This document shows, one piece after another, positions 36,015 through 45,839 of a stretch of 64,000 nt of DNA. The notes below the pieces were generated by a model. The model made no database searches. It was not told the origin of the DNA and saw nothing but the letters and a program-made list of their open reading frames with translations. A program made the translations under genes and the position numbers. Each line of letters opens with the position of its first letter. Position 1 is the first letter of the stretch. Origin of the DNA: an uncultured Verrucomicrobiota bacterium (GTDB taxonomy: Bacteria > Verrucomicrobiota > Kiritimatiellia > RFP12 > UBA1067); the NCBI GenBank assembly GCA_946613265.1, contig CAMOFK010000004.1, positions 17,399 to 81,398 on the forward strand, given 5' to 3'.

Positions 36015-39000
36015 ATGTCTTCCAATACCACAAATACGCCCTGTACTTCGCGGCTCTCCCCTCGTTGCATTCTCCAGAGGACGGCGCGCCTGCATTCAAC
36101 CGCAAAGCGTTTGCTCGCGCTAGCCGCGCTCGCCATCGCCGGCACGGCCGCCGCGGAAACCGTCAGCGTGGCGGACTGCGAACGCGATTCCGCGATCGAC
36201 GTATGGGCCGCGTCCGACGTCAAGTTCTGCTGCGACGTGATGTCCGAAGTCTTCACGCTCGCAGGCCTTCAAACCGTGCGCGCGCCCTTCGACGCCGACG
36301 GCATGCTCGTAGTCTCCAATTCCGACGTGATCTGCTCGGCGTTCCGCACGCCTAAGCTCTTGAAGGACTACGATTTCTCCATTCAGCCGCTCGGCAGAAT
36401 GCACTTCGGCCTGTACACGACCCCGGACCGCGCCGACCTCATGCTCTCGATGAAAATCACCGACTGGCCGCGCATGAAGGTCGCGTACTCCCCAGTCTCG
36501 CAAGGCAGCGACACCGACAGGCAGAATTATTTCCAGTACGCCGGCCTCCACCCGGAATACGTCGAATACCGCACGAGCGAAGGCGCCGTCGAAGCCTTGC
36601 GCAGCGGCGAAGCCGACGTCCTCTTCCTTTACACGCCGTACGGCAAGCGCCCTCCGGGCCTCGAAGAAATCGTGCCGATCGGCATGCGCAACATCTACTT
36701 CGCCGTGCGCAAAGACAAGCCGGAGCTGATGAAGCGCCTTCGCACGGCCTACAGGCGCTGGTATATCGACAATATCGACAAGTACGACACGTGGCGCGAA
36801 GAATTGCTCGGCATCAAGCGCCCGAAAAAACGCATCCGCATCGGCGCGTACACGCGCGGCGATCTTTTCAAGGTTTCCGAAGACGGCAAGCGCTCCGGCC
36901 TCATCGAAGAGTGGATTCGCTCGCTTTGCGCCGTCACGCACTGGACTCCCGACTATGTCTTCGGCGATTACGACGAAAGCCTCGCCGACGTAAAGAGCGG
37001 CCGCCTCGATCTCATCGGCGGCCTCGGCTTCACCGCGAAGCGCGGACAGGATTTGATGTTCCCGCATACGCCGATCGGCATGCTGCGCATCTATCTCTGG
37101 GCGCACAAGGACAGCACGTACGAAGCCGGCCACCCCGAATCCTGGCGCGGCATGCGCATGGGCCTGCTCTCCGGGACGCTAAGCTCAGAGCGCGTCAAAC
37201 ATCATCTCGAAGAACACCACTACGACATCACCGCCGTGGAATTCGACTCCGACGCCGCCTTGCGCAAGGCGTATTTCGAAGGCGAAGTCGATGCCTGCGT
37301 GAATGTCGAAATGGAGGAGCTGGCGGAAGAAAAGGCCCTGCGCCTCTACGCCTCCCACCCCATGTATATCGTCCTCTCGAAGAAAAAGCAGGAGCTTTTC
37401 GAAGAGCTGGAATACGCCCTCGACACGATCTGCGACGACTTCCCGAAATACCTGCGCATGATCAGCGAGCGCCACTACGGCCTGCACAGCGACCTCGCGG
37501 AACTGACGATCAAGGAGACGGAATGGCTCGCGAACCGCCTCAAGGATCCTACGCCGATCGTCATCGACTTCTCGCCGTGGCCATTCGAAATCAAAGACGA
37601 CACCGGGCAGCTCCACGGCCTGCCGAAAATGCTCCTCAGCGAGCTCCACAGGCGCACCGGGCTGAACTTCGACGTCACCGCGCAGACGGGCATCCAGACT
37701 TCGGAAGCGAAGTTCCTGCGCGGCGATACGCAATTCTGGATCCCGTATCCAGACCGTGCCGACGTGGCCGCCGCGGGCGCCGCGGGCGCCGTCTCGGTAT
37801 TCTCCATGACCGTCCCGCAAAGCTGCGCTTCGCTCTACGGAGCGAAGGATTTCCGCGCCGAATTCGAAATCCTCACCAACCACGGCACGCCGAACGAACT
37901 CGTCTCCATCCTGCGCAAAGTCCTCTCGGGCATCGACACGGCGCAGTTCCAGGAAATGTTCATGGCGGCCGCCGCGCAGCGCATCGCCGACCGCTATTTC
38001 TTCGGCTTGACCGACGAAGAACTGCGCGAATACGGCCTCATGATCGCCTTGATCATCCTCGTCATCGCCCTGAGCTACATCGTCGTTTCGCTCGTCATGC
38101 TCAAACGCCATGCGGCGCGCGCGGAAGTCGCTGCGGCGATGGCGACGGAATCCGCGCAGGCGAAGACCCGCTTCCTCGCCATGATGTCGCACGAGCTGCG
38201 CACGCCTCTGAACGCCGTGATCGGCTTCGCGGAATTCCTCGCGCGCCAGGGGCTGGACGAGCCGCGCCGCCACGAATACATCCAGGGTATTTTGACGAGC
38301 GCCTCCGCGCTTCTCGAGCTTATCAACGACATTCTCGATCTCTCCAAGCTCGAAGCCGGCGCGATGAACATGCGCTCCGGTGTCTGCAACGTTGAGAAGG
38401 TCATGTCGGAACTCCCCGCGATTTTCGGCTACCGCGTGAGCAACCATGGCGTCGAGCTTCTCGTAAGGCGGACGCACGAGAACGAAGTGCCGTCTCTGAA
38501 GCTTTCCCAGCAGGGCCTGCGGCAGATATTGATCAATCTCGTGGGCAACTCCGCGAAATTCACCGATGACGGCCAGATCATCGTGGAGTACTCGTGGATG
38601 CCGTCTTCGCGCTCGCTCCATATCGAAATCGCCGACACCGGACGCGGCATTTCCGAAGAGAAGATGAGCCGTCTCTTCGATCCTTTCGTGCAAGACATCG
38701 GCACGCGCATGCATGAATCCGCCGGCGAATCCAAAGGCTCGGGGCTGGGCCTGCCGATCGTCAAGCGCCTTGTGGACAATGCAAAAGGCGTGATTCGCGT
38801 GGAATCCGAAATCGGCAAAGGCACGCGCTTCGTGATCGACATACCCTCTCTCGACGTCGTAGGCGGCATTGTCGCATCGACGGATCATGTGATCAGCGGC
38901 GAAATCGTCCCTCCGAACGAAGAAACGACCAAGCCCATGCCCTCGAAAGTCCTCGTCGTTGATGACATGACGATGAACCGGAAGATTCTCGGCATACACC

Positions 39001-39293
39001 TCAAGAACCTTGGCATTGCAGACGTCCACTTCGCCGAGAATGGCCTCAAGGCCCTCGAAGAGATGGAGATATGGCTGCCGGATATCGTGCTTTCAGATAT
39101 GTGGATGCCGGAGATGAACGGCCAGCAGCTGGCGGAAGCGATGCAGAAGGACGCCCGCACGAAAGACATTCCCATCGTCGCCGTCACGGCGGATGTGGAT
39201 GTGGACTCCACATACAACATGAATCTCTTCGCGAAAGTCATCGCAAAACCGGTCACGAGCGAGAAGCTCAAGAAACTTTTCGAGGATCTCTAA
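36015..39293 (+). CDS. Hybrid sensor histidine kinase with a large periplasmic region of repeated solute-binding-protein-like modules, HisKA, HATPase and a C-terminal receiver
   Basis: Signal/TM segment, a ~650-aa periplasmic region, a TM segment (LMIALIILVIALSYIVVSLV), H-box SHELRTPLN, N/G boxes (NLVGNSAKFT, GSGLGLPIV), REC domain (VLVVDDMTMNRK...LSDMWMPEMNG). Confidence 0.8.
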   Translation: MSSNTTNTPCTSRLSPRCILQRTARLHSTAKRLLALAALAIAGTAAAETVSVADCERDSAIDVWAASDVKFCCDVMSEVFTLAGLQTVRAPFDADGMLVVSNSDVICSAFRTPKLLKDYDFSIQPLGRMHFGLYTTPDRADLMLSMKITDWPRMKVAYSPVSQGSDTDRQNYFQYAGLHPEYVEYRTSEGAVEALRSGEADVLFLYTPYGKRPPGLEEIVPIGMRNIYFAVRKDKPELMKRLRTAYRRWYIDNIDKYDTWREELLGIKRPKKRIRIGAYTRGDLFKVSEDGKRSGLIEEWIRSLCAVTHWTPDYVFGDYDESLADVKSGRLDLIGGLGFTAKRGQDLMFPHTPIGMLRIYLWAHKDSTYEAGHPESWRGMRMGLLSGTLSSERVKHHLEEHHYDITAVEFDSDAALRKAYFEGEVDACVNVEMEELAEEKALRLYASHPMYIVLSKKKQELFEELEYALDTICDDFPKYLRMISERHYGLHSDLAELTIKETEWLANRLKDPTPIVIDFSPWPFEIKDDTGQLHGLPKMLLSELHRRTGLNFDVTAQTGIQTSEAKFLRGDTQFWIPYPDRADVAAAGAAGAVSVFSMTVPQSCASLYGAKDFRAEFEILTNHGTPNELVSILRKVLSGIDTAQFQEMFMAAAAQRIADRYFFGLTDEELREYGLMIALIILVIALSYIVVSLVMLKRHAARAEVAAAMATESAQAKTRFLAMMSHELRTPLNAVIGFAEFLARQGLDEPRRHEYIQGILTSASALLELINDILDLSKLEAGAMNMRSGVCNVEKVMSELPAIFGYRVSNHGVELLVRRTHENEVPSLKLSQQGLRQILINLVGNSAKFTDDGQIIVEYSWMPSSRSLHIEIADTGRGISEEKMSRLFDPFVQDIGTRMHESAGESKGSGLGLPIVKRLVDNAKGVIRVESEIGKGTRFVIDIPSLDVVGGIVASTDHVISGEIVPPNEETTKPMPSKVLVVDDMTMNRKILGIHLKNLGIADVHFAENGLKALEEMEIWLPDIVLSDMWMPEMNGQQLAEAMQKDARTKDIPIVAVTADVDVDSTYNMNLFAKVIAKPVTSEKLKKLFEDL

Positions 39294-39381
39294 AGAAACT
39301 GCCGGACGCACCGGCGCGATTTCCTCGGCCGAAAGTCCGCCACGCACAAGAATCCACGCGCCACCCAACGAGACCGACACC

Positions 39382-40482
39382 ATGCGCATCCTCCTCTCAT
39401 GCATTCCATACGACTCCGGCAAAAGCGGTATATCCGTCTATGTCCGCGAGGTGGCGAGAGAACTGGCCGCGCAGGGCCATGCGCTGACGCTGCTGTGCGA
39501 ACCCGGCGTCGATGTCGCCGCGGACATCGGCATAACCGCCGAGACCGTGCATGCGCCGGCCTGGACGCGCCGCGCCGTCGCGAGCATGCTTTGGCATTTG
39601 CTAGCGCTGCCTTTCTGGATCGCCGCGCGCAAGAAGAATTTCGACGCGATGGCGATTTGCGCCGCAAACCGTCGCGTGCTTGCGTGGTATCCGCTGCCGA
39701 CGGTCGCGACAGTCCACGATCTTGCGAACTTCCACATTCCGGGGAAGTACTCGCGCCTGCGCATGGTCTATCTCGCGCACATACTCCCCTTCTTCGCAAT
39801 GCGCGCGCAGCATCTCGTCGCCGTGAGCACCGCGACGAAGACGGACATGGTGCGCTTCTGGCGCTGCGCGCAAGACCGCGTAAGCGTGCTTTACAACGGC
39901 CTCGCGCCGGGCGCGGCGCAGATTCCCGGCGCCGGCGCCGGCTCCTCGATACTCTATATTTCAAGAATAGAGCATCCTGGCAAGAACCACGTCAGGCTCA
40001 TCGAAGCCTACGGAAAACTCGATAGCGCCCTCGCGGCCGCGCATCCGCTCGTAATCGCAGGCGCGGACTGGAAAGACGCCGAAACCGTGCATGCTGCGGC
40101 CGCCGCCTCCCCGAACGCCGCGCACATTCGCTTTACCGGTTTCGTGGACGACATTGCGCCGCTCTGGCGCGACGCCGGCTTCTACGTTTTCCCGAGTCTT
40201 TTCGAGGGCTTCGGGCTTTCGCTCGCGGAGGCGATGGCGATGGGCATACCCTGCGCATGCTCGGAGAATGGCGCGCTTGGCGAAGTCGGCGCCGACGCCG
40301 CGATAAAGTTCGATCCGCTGGATGCAGAGTCGATCGCATCCGCTCTCCGCACGCTCCTGACCGAACCGCAGAGCGACAGAGACGCGCGCATCGCGCGCGG
40401 CAGAAAGCGCGCTGCCGATTTCTCATGGGCCGCGCACGCGCGCGGCCTGGCGGAACTCGCCGCAAACAAACCAGACTGCTGA
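39382..40482 (+). CDS. Glycosyltransferase family 4 (GT-B, GT1 clan)
   Basis: MRILLSCIPYDSGKSGISVY, and the C-terminal FPSLFEGFGLSLAEAMAMGIP EX7E region. Confidence 0.8.
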   Translation: MRILLSCIPYDSGKSGISVYVREVARELAAQGHALTLLCEPGVDVAADIGITAETVHAPAWTRRAVASMLWHLLALPFWIAARKKNFDAMAICAANRRVLAWYPLPTVATVHDLANFHIPGKYSRLRMVYLAHILPFFAMRAQHLVAVSTATKTDMVRFWRCAQDRVSVLYNGLAPGAAQIPGAGAGSSILYISRIEHPGKNHVRLIEAYGKLDSALAAAHPLVIAGADWKDAETVHAAAAASPNAAHIRFTGFVDDIAPLWRDAGFYVFPSLFEGFGLSLAEAMAMGIPCACSENGALGEVGADAAIKFDPLDAESIASALRTLLTEPQSDRDARIARGRKRAADFSWAAHARGLAELAANKPDC

Positions 40483-40534
40483 AAATCCGCGACGCCGCCA
40501 CGCCACACCAGAAACACCGCCACACCCCTTTCCC

Positions 40535-41356
40535 ATGGCTGAAACCGTAAATCTTTTCGACATACCGATCGCGAAGACGACCGAACGCGAAGCGGTCGAG
40601 CATATCCTTCGCATGGTAAAGGAACAAAAGGCTCGCGGGAAAATCGACCGCGCCCTCTTCCTCGCCACGCTGAACGTAGATTTCGTCTCGAACGCCGTGG
40701 CGCGCCGCCCGTTCTCCGGGAACCGGGAGCTTTGGGATTATCTGAAAAAAGCGGATTTCGTCACGGCCGACGGCATGCCGATCGTCGCGCTCTCGCGGAT
40801 GATGGGCAATGCGCTGCCGGAAAGAGTCACCGGCGCGGATCTCGTGCCGATGCTCTGCGCGCGCTTTGCGGACGAAGGTCTCAGCGTCTATGTGCTGGGC
40901 GGCGCGCAACCAGCCCTCGATGAAGCGATGGAGCGCATCCGCAAGACTTCGCCTATGCTGCGCGTCGCCGGCCTCGACCCTGCATTCGTCAAACTGGACG
41001 AAGACCAGCCGGAAATCGTCGAGCGCATCAACGCCGCGAAGCCGGACTTGCTTTTCGTCGCCCTCGGCAATCCGAAGCAAGAGCTTTGGATGGGCAGAAA
41101 CGCATCCCGCCTGCGCATCCCGGCGATGATCGGCATCGGCGGCACGTTCAACTTCATCGCAGGGCGCGTGAAGCGCGCGCCGCGCTGGATGCAGCGCTGC
41201 GGCGCCGAGTGGATATACCGCATAATCCAGGAGCCCGGGCGCCTCTGGCGCCGCTATGCCTACGGACTCGTCAAGTTCTCGTATCTGGCCGCCTGCGAAC
41301 TGGCGAAGAAAGCCAGAGGCGCAAACGCCGCCGGCGCAAGAGAATCGAAAAGATGA
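40535..41356 (+). CDS. WecB/TagA/CpsF family glycosyltransferase (GT26)
   Basis: ADFVTADGMPIV, ALGNPKQELWM, GIGGTFNFIAGRVKRAPRWMQ. Confidence 0.8.
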   Translation: MAETVNLFDIPIAKTTEREAVEHILRMVKEQKARGKIDRALFLATLNVDFVSNAVARRPFSGNRELWDYLKKADFVTADGMPIVALSRMMGNALPERVTGADLVPMLCARFADEGLSVYVLGGAQPALDEAMERIRKTSPMLRVAGLDPAFVKLDEDQPEIVERINAAKPDLLFVALGNPKQELWMGRNASRLRIPAMIGIGGTFNFIAGRVKRAPRWMQRCGAEWIYRIIQEPGRLWRRYAYGLVKFSYLAACELAKKARGANAAGARESKR

Positions 41357-42585
41357 AAATAGCCCATGTATTGAGACGCCTGTCCTTCGACGATTGGGGG
41401 GGCACGGAACAGGTCGTCTGGAATCTCGCGAAGGCGCAGCTCGCCGCCGGCCACGAAGTCAAGGTTTTCGCGACGACCGCGCTTTGCAAAACGCGCCACG
41501 AGATTATCGACGGCGTGGAAATCTTCCGCTTCGGCGCGATCTATCCGTGGTGGCCGATGACCTCGCGGCTCATCGACGAACTCGATCACAAAGGCGGCAA
41601 CCCTTTCGTCCCGCGCCTCGGCGCGGCGCTGCGCGAATTTTCCCCGGACGTGATCCACTGCCACGCAATGGCTCGCATCGCCGAGCTTTGCATGCGCACG
41701 GCGGACGCCCTCGGCGTCCCCTGCTTCGTCTCCCTGCACGGCGGCTCTTCAAACGTCCCGTGCCATGAATCCCAGAGCCTGCGCGCGCCCACGCGCCATC
41801 TTGTCCCGTGGGGCAAGGCGATAGACTATCTAAAGCATTGGGTCCGCAGAGTCCCGGAGGATGCGGATGGCATCGTCTGCGTCGGCGAAGATGAATACAA
41901 CCGCTACCGCCGCGTCCATCCAAACGTTCTCTTCCTCCCGAACGGCGTGGATGCCGCAGCATTCGCGCGCGCCCGCTCCTTCAAGCGCAAGCAAACGAAA
42001 GGCCGCCGCAAAACGCTCCTCTGCGTGGCGAGAATCGACCGCCAGAAGAACCAGATGATGCTGGTGGAGGCGTTGCGCCGCCATCACGACGTCGTATTGC
42101 GCTGCGTCGGCCCCGTCACGCAGCTGGATTACCTCGATGAAATCAAGCGCCGCGCGCAGGAGCTTGGCGTCGCCGACCGCGTAACGTTCACGGGCGCGCT
42201 CAAGCCTGGCAGCATCCAACTCTATTCGGAATTTGCGAATGCCGACGTCTTTGTGCTGCCGAGCCGCCACGAGCCCTTCGGAATCGTCGTGCTCGAAGCG
42301 TGGGCGGCTGGTCTGCCGGTGATCGCCAGCGATGTCGGCGGTCTCGGACGCCTCTGCGCATCCCATCCGGACGCCGCGATGGTCTTTTCGCCAGGCGATA
42401 CGGATGCGTTCGACGTCGCGCTGCTGAAAATCCTCGGCGATCCCGCGCTAGCCGCTAAAATGTCGCATGCCGGGATGGCCGCCGCCGCCGACTACGCATG
42501 GCCGGTCCTCGCGGCGCTTCTCGACGATTTCTACACCGGCGTCCGCAAACATGACGCCGCAAAACGAAAAGAATCCGCCGAATGA
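41353..42585 (+). CDS. Glycosyltransferase family 4
   Basis: MKIAHVLRRLSFDDWGGTEQVV, and LPSRHEPFGIVVLEAWAAGLPVIAS. ATGA overlap with the upstream gene. Confidence 0.8.
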   Translation: MKIAHVLRRLSFDDWGGTEQVVWNLAKAQLAAGHEVKVFATTALCKTRHEIIDGVEIFRFGAIYPWWPMTSRLIDELDHKGGNPFVPRLGAALREFSPDVIHCHAMARIAELCMRTADALGVPCFVSLHGGSSNVPCHESQSLRAPTRHLVPWGKAIDYLKHWVRRVPEDADGIVCVGEDEYNRYRRVHPNVLFLPNGVDAAAFARARSFKRKQTKGRRKTLLCVARIDRQKNQMMLVEALRRHHDVVLRCVGPVTQLDYLDEIKRRAQELGVADRVTFTGALKPGSIQLYSEFANADVFVLPSRHEPFGIVVLEAWAAGLPVIASDVGGLGRLCASHPDAAMVFSPGDTDAFDVALLKILGDPALAAKMSHAGMAAAADYAWPVLAALLDDFYTGVRKHDAAKRKESAE

Positions 42586-42644
42586 CGCGCCGCCGCAAGG
42601 CGCGCGCAAGACTAATACAACCGAAAATGCCGTTTAGAAACTGA

Positions 42645-44615
42645 ATGGAAGATGAACTGACAGCCGAAGAGAAAGAGCAGCTGTTGCGCTTTCAGGCCTT
42701 TCGCAAAGTGTCGCTGGGCATTCTGCGAGGCTGGGCGTGGCTCTTCGCGCTCGTTTTCTGCCTGCTCGCGGTGGTTTTCACGGTTGCCGTGGTGTGGAAA
42801 TCCGCTCACAGCAACAGCCGCTTCGAAGCCGTCACGCGCCTGCTTTTCACGCCGCGCACGGTCGTCAACGTACAGAACATTTCCGACAAACAGCTCCTGA
42901 GCATACTGGAAAGATCGTCTCTCAAGCGGCGCGTCGGCAGGGCGATGTCCATGGAGCACGGCGAAAGGGAGTCGCTCGTATTCGATCTGGATTTGAAGCA
43001 GGAGCGCAAGCCCTCCAACCTTTTTACGCTTTCCGCGCGTTCTCCTACGTGGGTGGGGGCGGTCAGGAAAGTCAATACCTATGCCGAAGTGCTGATCGCG
43101 GAATACATCGCATTCCGCACGCGCGAACTCTCCACGCTCGCGGAGGCGATCGAACTCAGGCGCAACAATCTCCAGGAGCAGATAGCCGCGAACGAAGGCG
43201 AAGAAAGCGTTCTCAAAAGCAAGGCCGGCGAGCCTTCGCCGGTGGAAGCGCTGACCATGCTTAACGCGCTTATTTCCGATCAGCGGCGCAACTACTCCAT
43301 GCTTTGCGTCCAAGTCGCCAACGAGGAGGCGCGCAAGAAAAATTTCCAGGAAGAGCTGGGCGATCTCGGCACGGCCGTCATCAAGTGCGCCCCGCAAATC
43401 CGCAAGAAAGGCGAAGAGATAAAGGCTCTCGACGACGAACTTGCCAAGCTCCGCAAAATCTATACCGACATCAACCCGAAAGTCAAAGGCAAACTCGAAG
43501 ACCGCCGCGCGCTCGTCGAAGAGTATTCCGAGCTGCTGCGCGAAAACGGGATAGACGGAATAAGGCTGGAGGATGTGGAAGTCCTGGAGAAGGCCGCCTT
43601 GGGACTGGCGGAATGCCAGATGAAACTCGAAGTCCTCGCGGAAAACCAGCGCGCCCTCACTGCGGAAATCAAGGCGAGCGAAGCGAAGTCCGAGACGCTT
43701 ACTTCGGTCATACGCCCGCTCGAACGCCTGCGGATCAAGCGCGAGGAATTGGAAAGGACGCTGCGCGAGCAAGATGAAAAACTCGGCAATATCGACTACC
43801 TGCGCACGACGGCCCGCAACGACGTCCAGCAGATCGAGCGCGCCGGCGGCGCCGGCGACAAAAACCCGCTCAGAGTGAAAAACTTCATTATCGCGTTCGG
43901 CGCCGCCTTCGTCTGCACCGGCGCTCTCGCAGTGTGGGTGCTATTCCTCGAATTGCTCTTCGGCAAGATTCGCGGCGGCGACGAAATGACCGCCTTCGAA
44001 GATATTTTCCTGCTAGGCTCGCTGCCGAAACCCGGCGTCGTTCCGAAGGCGATAGAAAACGATGTCTTCGGCGTGGTAGCGCTGAATTTCAACAGTGCGC
44101 CGACACCGAAAGGGATCGTGCTTGTGTGCCGTCTCCCCGGCTCGCCCGTCCAGACGGGATTCTTCACTTCGCTCGAATGGAACCTCTCGATGTCCGGCCA
44201 GAGAGTCTTTTCCGTCAATATCGTGCCAAGCGCCGATTTCGAGCCGCCGGAAGGCAGCGAAACGATGATCAGCCTCGTCCGCAAGGACGCCCAAGGCTGG
44301 TTCCCGGTAGAGAATCGCTATATGCTCGCCCCTACCGAACTGCAAATCCTCAAGGCGGACTTCGACGCGCTGCGCAACGATTTCGAGTGCATCTTCGTCC
44401 TCATGCCGGACGGCCTCCAGCACGGCGGGAACTTCCTCGGACAGCTCATGACATTCTGCGACTCCATACTCGTCTGCGCCGGCGCACACGCGACGCCGCG
44501 CTCGGAACTTGCTTACGTGCGCAAAATCGCCAATGCCGGCGCGAAGCCCATGCTCGGCATAGTGACCGGCGCGAGCGCGAAGACCGTCAAAAGGGAAATG
44601 GAGGTCGAAGAATGA
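42645..44615 (+). CDS. Polysaccharide co-polymerase (Wzz/GumC/Wzc-like) with a degenerate, apparently inactive BY-kinase-like C-terminal domain
   Basis: TM segment, long coiled coil, second TM segment, then LVCRLPGSPVQTGFF where PGEGKST (Walker A) is expected and FVLMPDG where DTPP (Walker B) is expected. No C-terminal Tyr cluster. Confidence 0.6.
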   Translation: MEDELTAEEKEQLLRFQAFRKVSLGILRGWAWLFALVFCLLAVVFTVAVVWKSAHSNSRFEAVTRLLFTPRTVVNVQNISDKQLLSILERSSLKRRVGRAMSMEHGERESLVFDLDLKQERKPSNLFTLSARSPTWVGAVRKVNTYAEVLIAEYIAFRTRELSTLAEAIELRRNNLQEQIAANEGEESVLKSKAGEPSPVEALTMLNALISDQRRNYSMLCVQVANEEARKKNFQEELGDLGTAVIKCAPQIRKKGEEIKALDDELAKLRKIYTDINPKVKGKLEDRRALVEEYSELLRENGIDGIRLEDVEVLEKAALGLAECQMKLEVLAENQRALTAEIKASEAKSETLTSVIRPLERLRIKREELERTLREQDEKLGNIDYLRTTARNDVQQIERAGGAGDKNPLRVKNFIIAFGAAFVCTGALAVWVLFLELLFGKIRGGDEMTAFEDIFLLGSLPKPGVVPKAIENDVFGVVALNFNSAPTPKGIVLVCRLPGSPVQTGFFTSLEWNLSMSGQRVFSVNIVPSADFEPPEGSETMISLVRKDAQGWFPVENRYMLAPTELQILKADFDALRNDFECIFVLMPDGLQHGGNFLGQLMTFCDSILVCAGAHATPRSELAYVRKIANAGAKPMLGIVTGASAKTVKREMEVEE

Positions 44616-45664
44616 GAAGCATCGCACTATGTTCCGCCGCGGCCGCCGTTTTCCTTGCCGGCTGCTACATGAATCGCATGACGGGCCAGTATGCGGAAAT
44701 CCTCGGCGCGGATGTCGAAGACAGCGCCATACTCGAGCATTCCGATCCAGACCCCGACCACGAAGCGAAAGTCAGGGCGGAGCTGGAACGCATCGAAGCG
44801 GAAAACAACGAAGTTTACAGAATCAACGCCGGCGACAAACTCGATATTCGCGTTTACGGCCACGACGATATCAGCGTCAAGACGACCGTGAGTCCCGACG
44901 GCTGCATCGGCATGCTCTTCCTCGGGCAGGTCGAAGTCTCCGGAAGGACGATCGCCGAAGCGCGCGACGCCATCGAAGCCGGGCTCGCGCCATACGTGAA
45001 GCACCCGGTCGTCGGTGTCACGGTGAACGAAGTCTCCAGCGAGACGGTGACGATTTCCGGTGCGGCCGCCCGCCCCGGACTTTACAACATCAGCGGGACT
45101 TCGCGGCTTGCGGACATATACGCGCAAGCGGGAGGCAGCGCAGAACGCCTCTTCAACGGCGTCGATGTCGATGTCGCAGACCTCGAACACTCGATTCTCG
45201 TGCGAAAAGGCAAGTTCCTGCCGGTGGATTTCAGGAAGGCGATCGAGCAAGGCGACACTCTCCACAATGTCAGGCTCCGCAAGGACGACTACATCTTCAT
45301 CGCGCAGCGCATGGAATCCAGCATCACGATCTGCGGCGAAGTCAAGAATCCCCATCGCCGCCTCTACGAGCCTGGCATAGGCATTATCGAAGCTCTTACG
45401 ACTGCGGGATGGATGCTGGAATCCCATTGGAGCCACGTCATCATCATCCGCAACGGCATTGTCAATCCGAAGATGTACAAAGTCAATGTCGATGGCATCC
45501 TCGCCGGCAAATGCCGCAATGTCCGCGTGCAGGCTAACGACATCATCTACGTGCCGAAAGACAACGCCGCCGAATACAACGTGTTCATTCGCAAGCTTCT
45601 GCCCACCGCGCAGCTCGTCAGCCTCCTGACTTCGCGCATTGCAACGACGAGCGTTTCAAACTGA
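44612..45664 (+). CDS. Polysaccharide export outer-membrane lipoprotein (Wza-like; Poly_export + SLBB)
   Basis: Lipobox FLAGC. YRINAGDKLDIRVYGHDDIS...VSPDGCIGMLFLGQVEVSGRTIAEAR. A second SLBB-like region follows. Confidence 0.8.
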   Translation: MRSIALCSAAAAVFLAGCYMNRMTGQYAEILGADVEDSAILEHSDPDPDHEAKVRAELERIEAENNEVYRINAGDKLDIRVYGHDDISVKTTVSPDGCIGMLFLGQVEVSGRTIAEARDAIEAGLAPYVKHPVVGVTVNEVSSETVTISGAAARPGLYNISGTSRLADIYAQAGGSAERLFNGVDVDVADLEHSILVRKGKFLPVDFRKAIEQGDTLHNVRLRKDDYIFIAQRMESSITICGEVKNPHRRLYEPGIGIIEALTTAGWMLESHWSHVIIIRNGIVNPKMYKVNVDGILAGKCRNVRVQANDIIYVPKDNAAEYNVFIRKLLPTAQLVSLLTSRIATTSVSN

Positions 45665-45839
45665 TTTGCATTCTCAGCGGCAATCGAGCCTCTCCGAAGT
45701 TCGATTCTTCTCCATTCGTATTCCACGGTAGAACGCGCATTCGCGCTCCACACCCCGGCAGCGCCGGGCATAGCTTCGCACGAAGGGAATATTGCCGCCG
45801 GGCTTGTACCTGCGCTTTCGCCGGATCGGCGGAGCGCGC

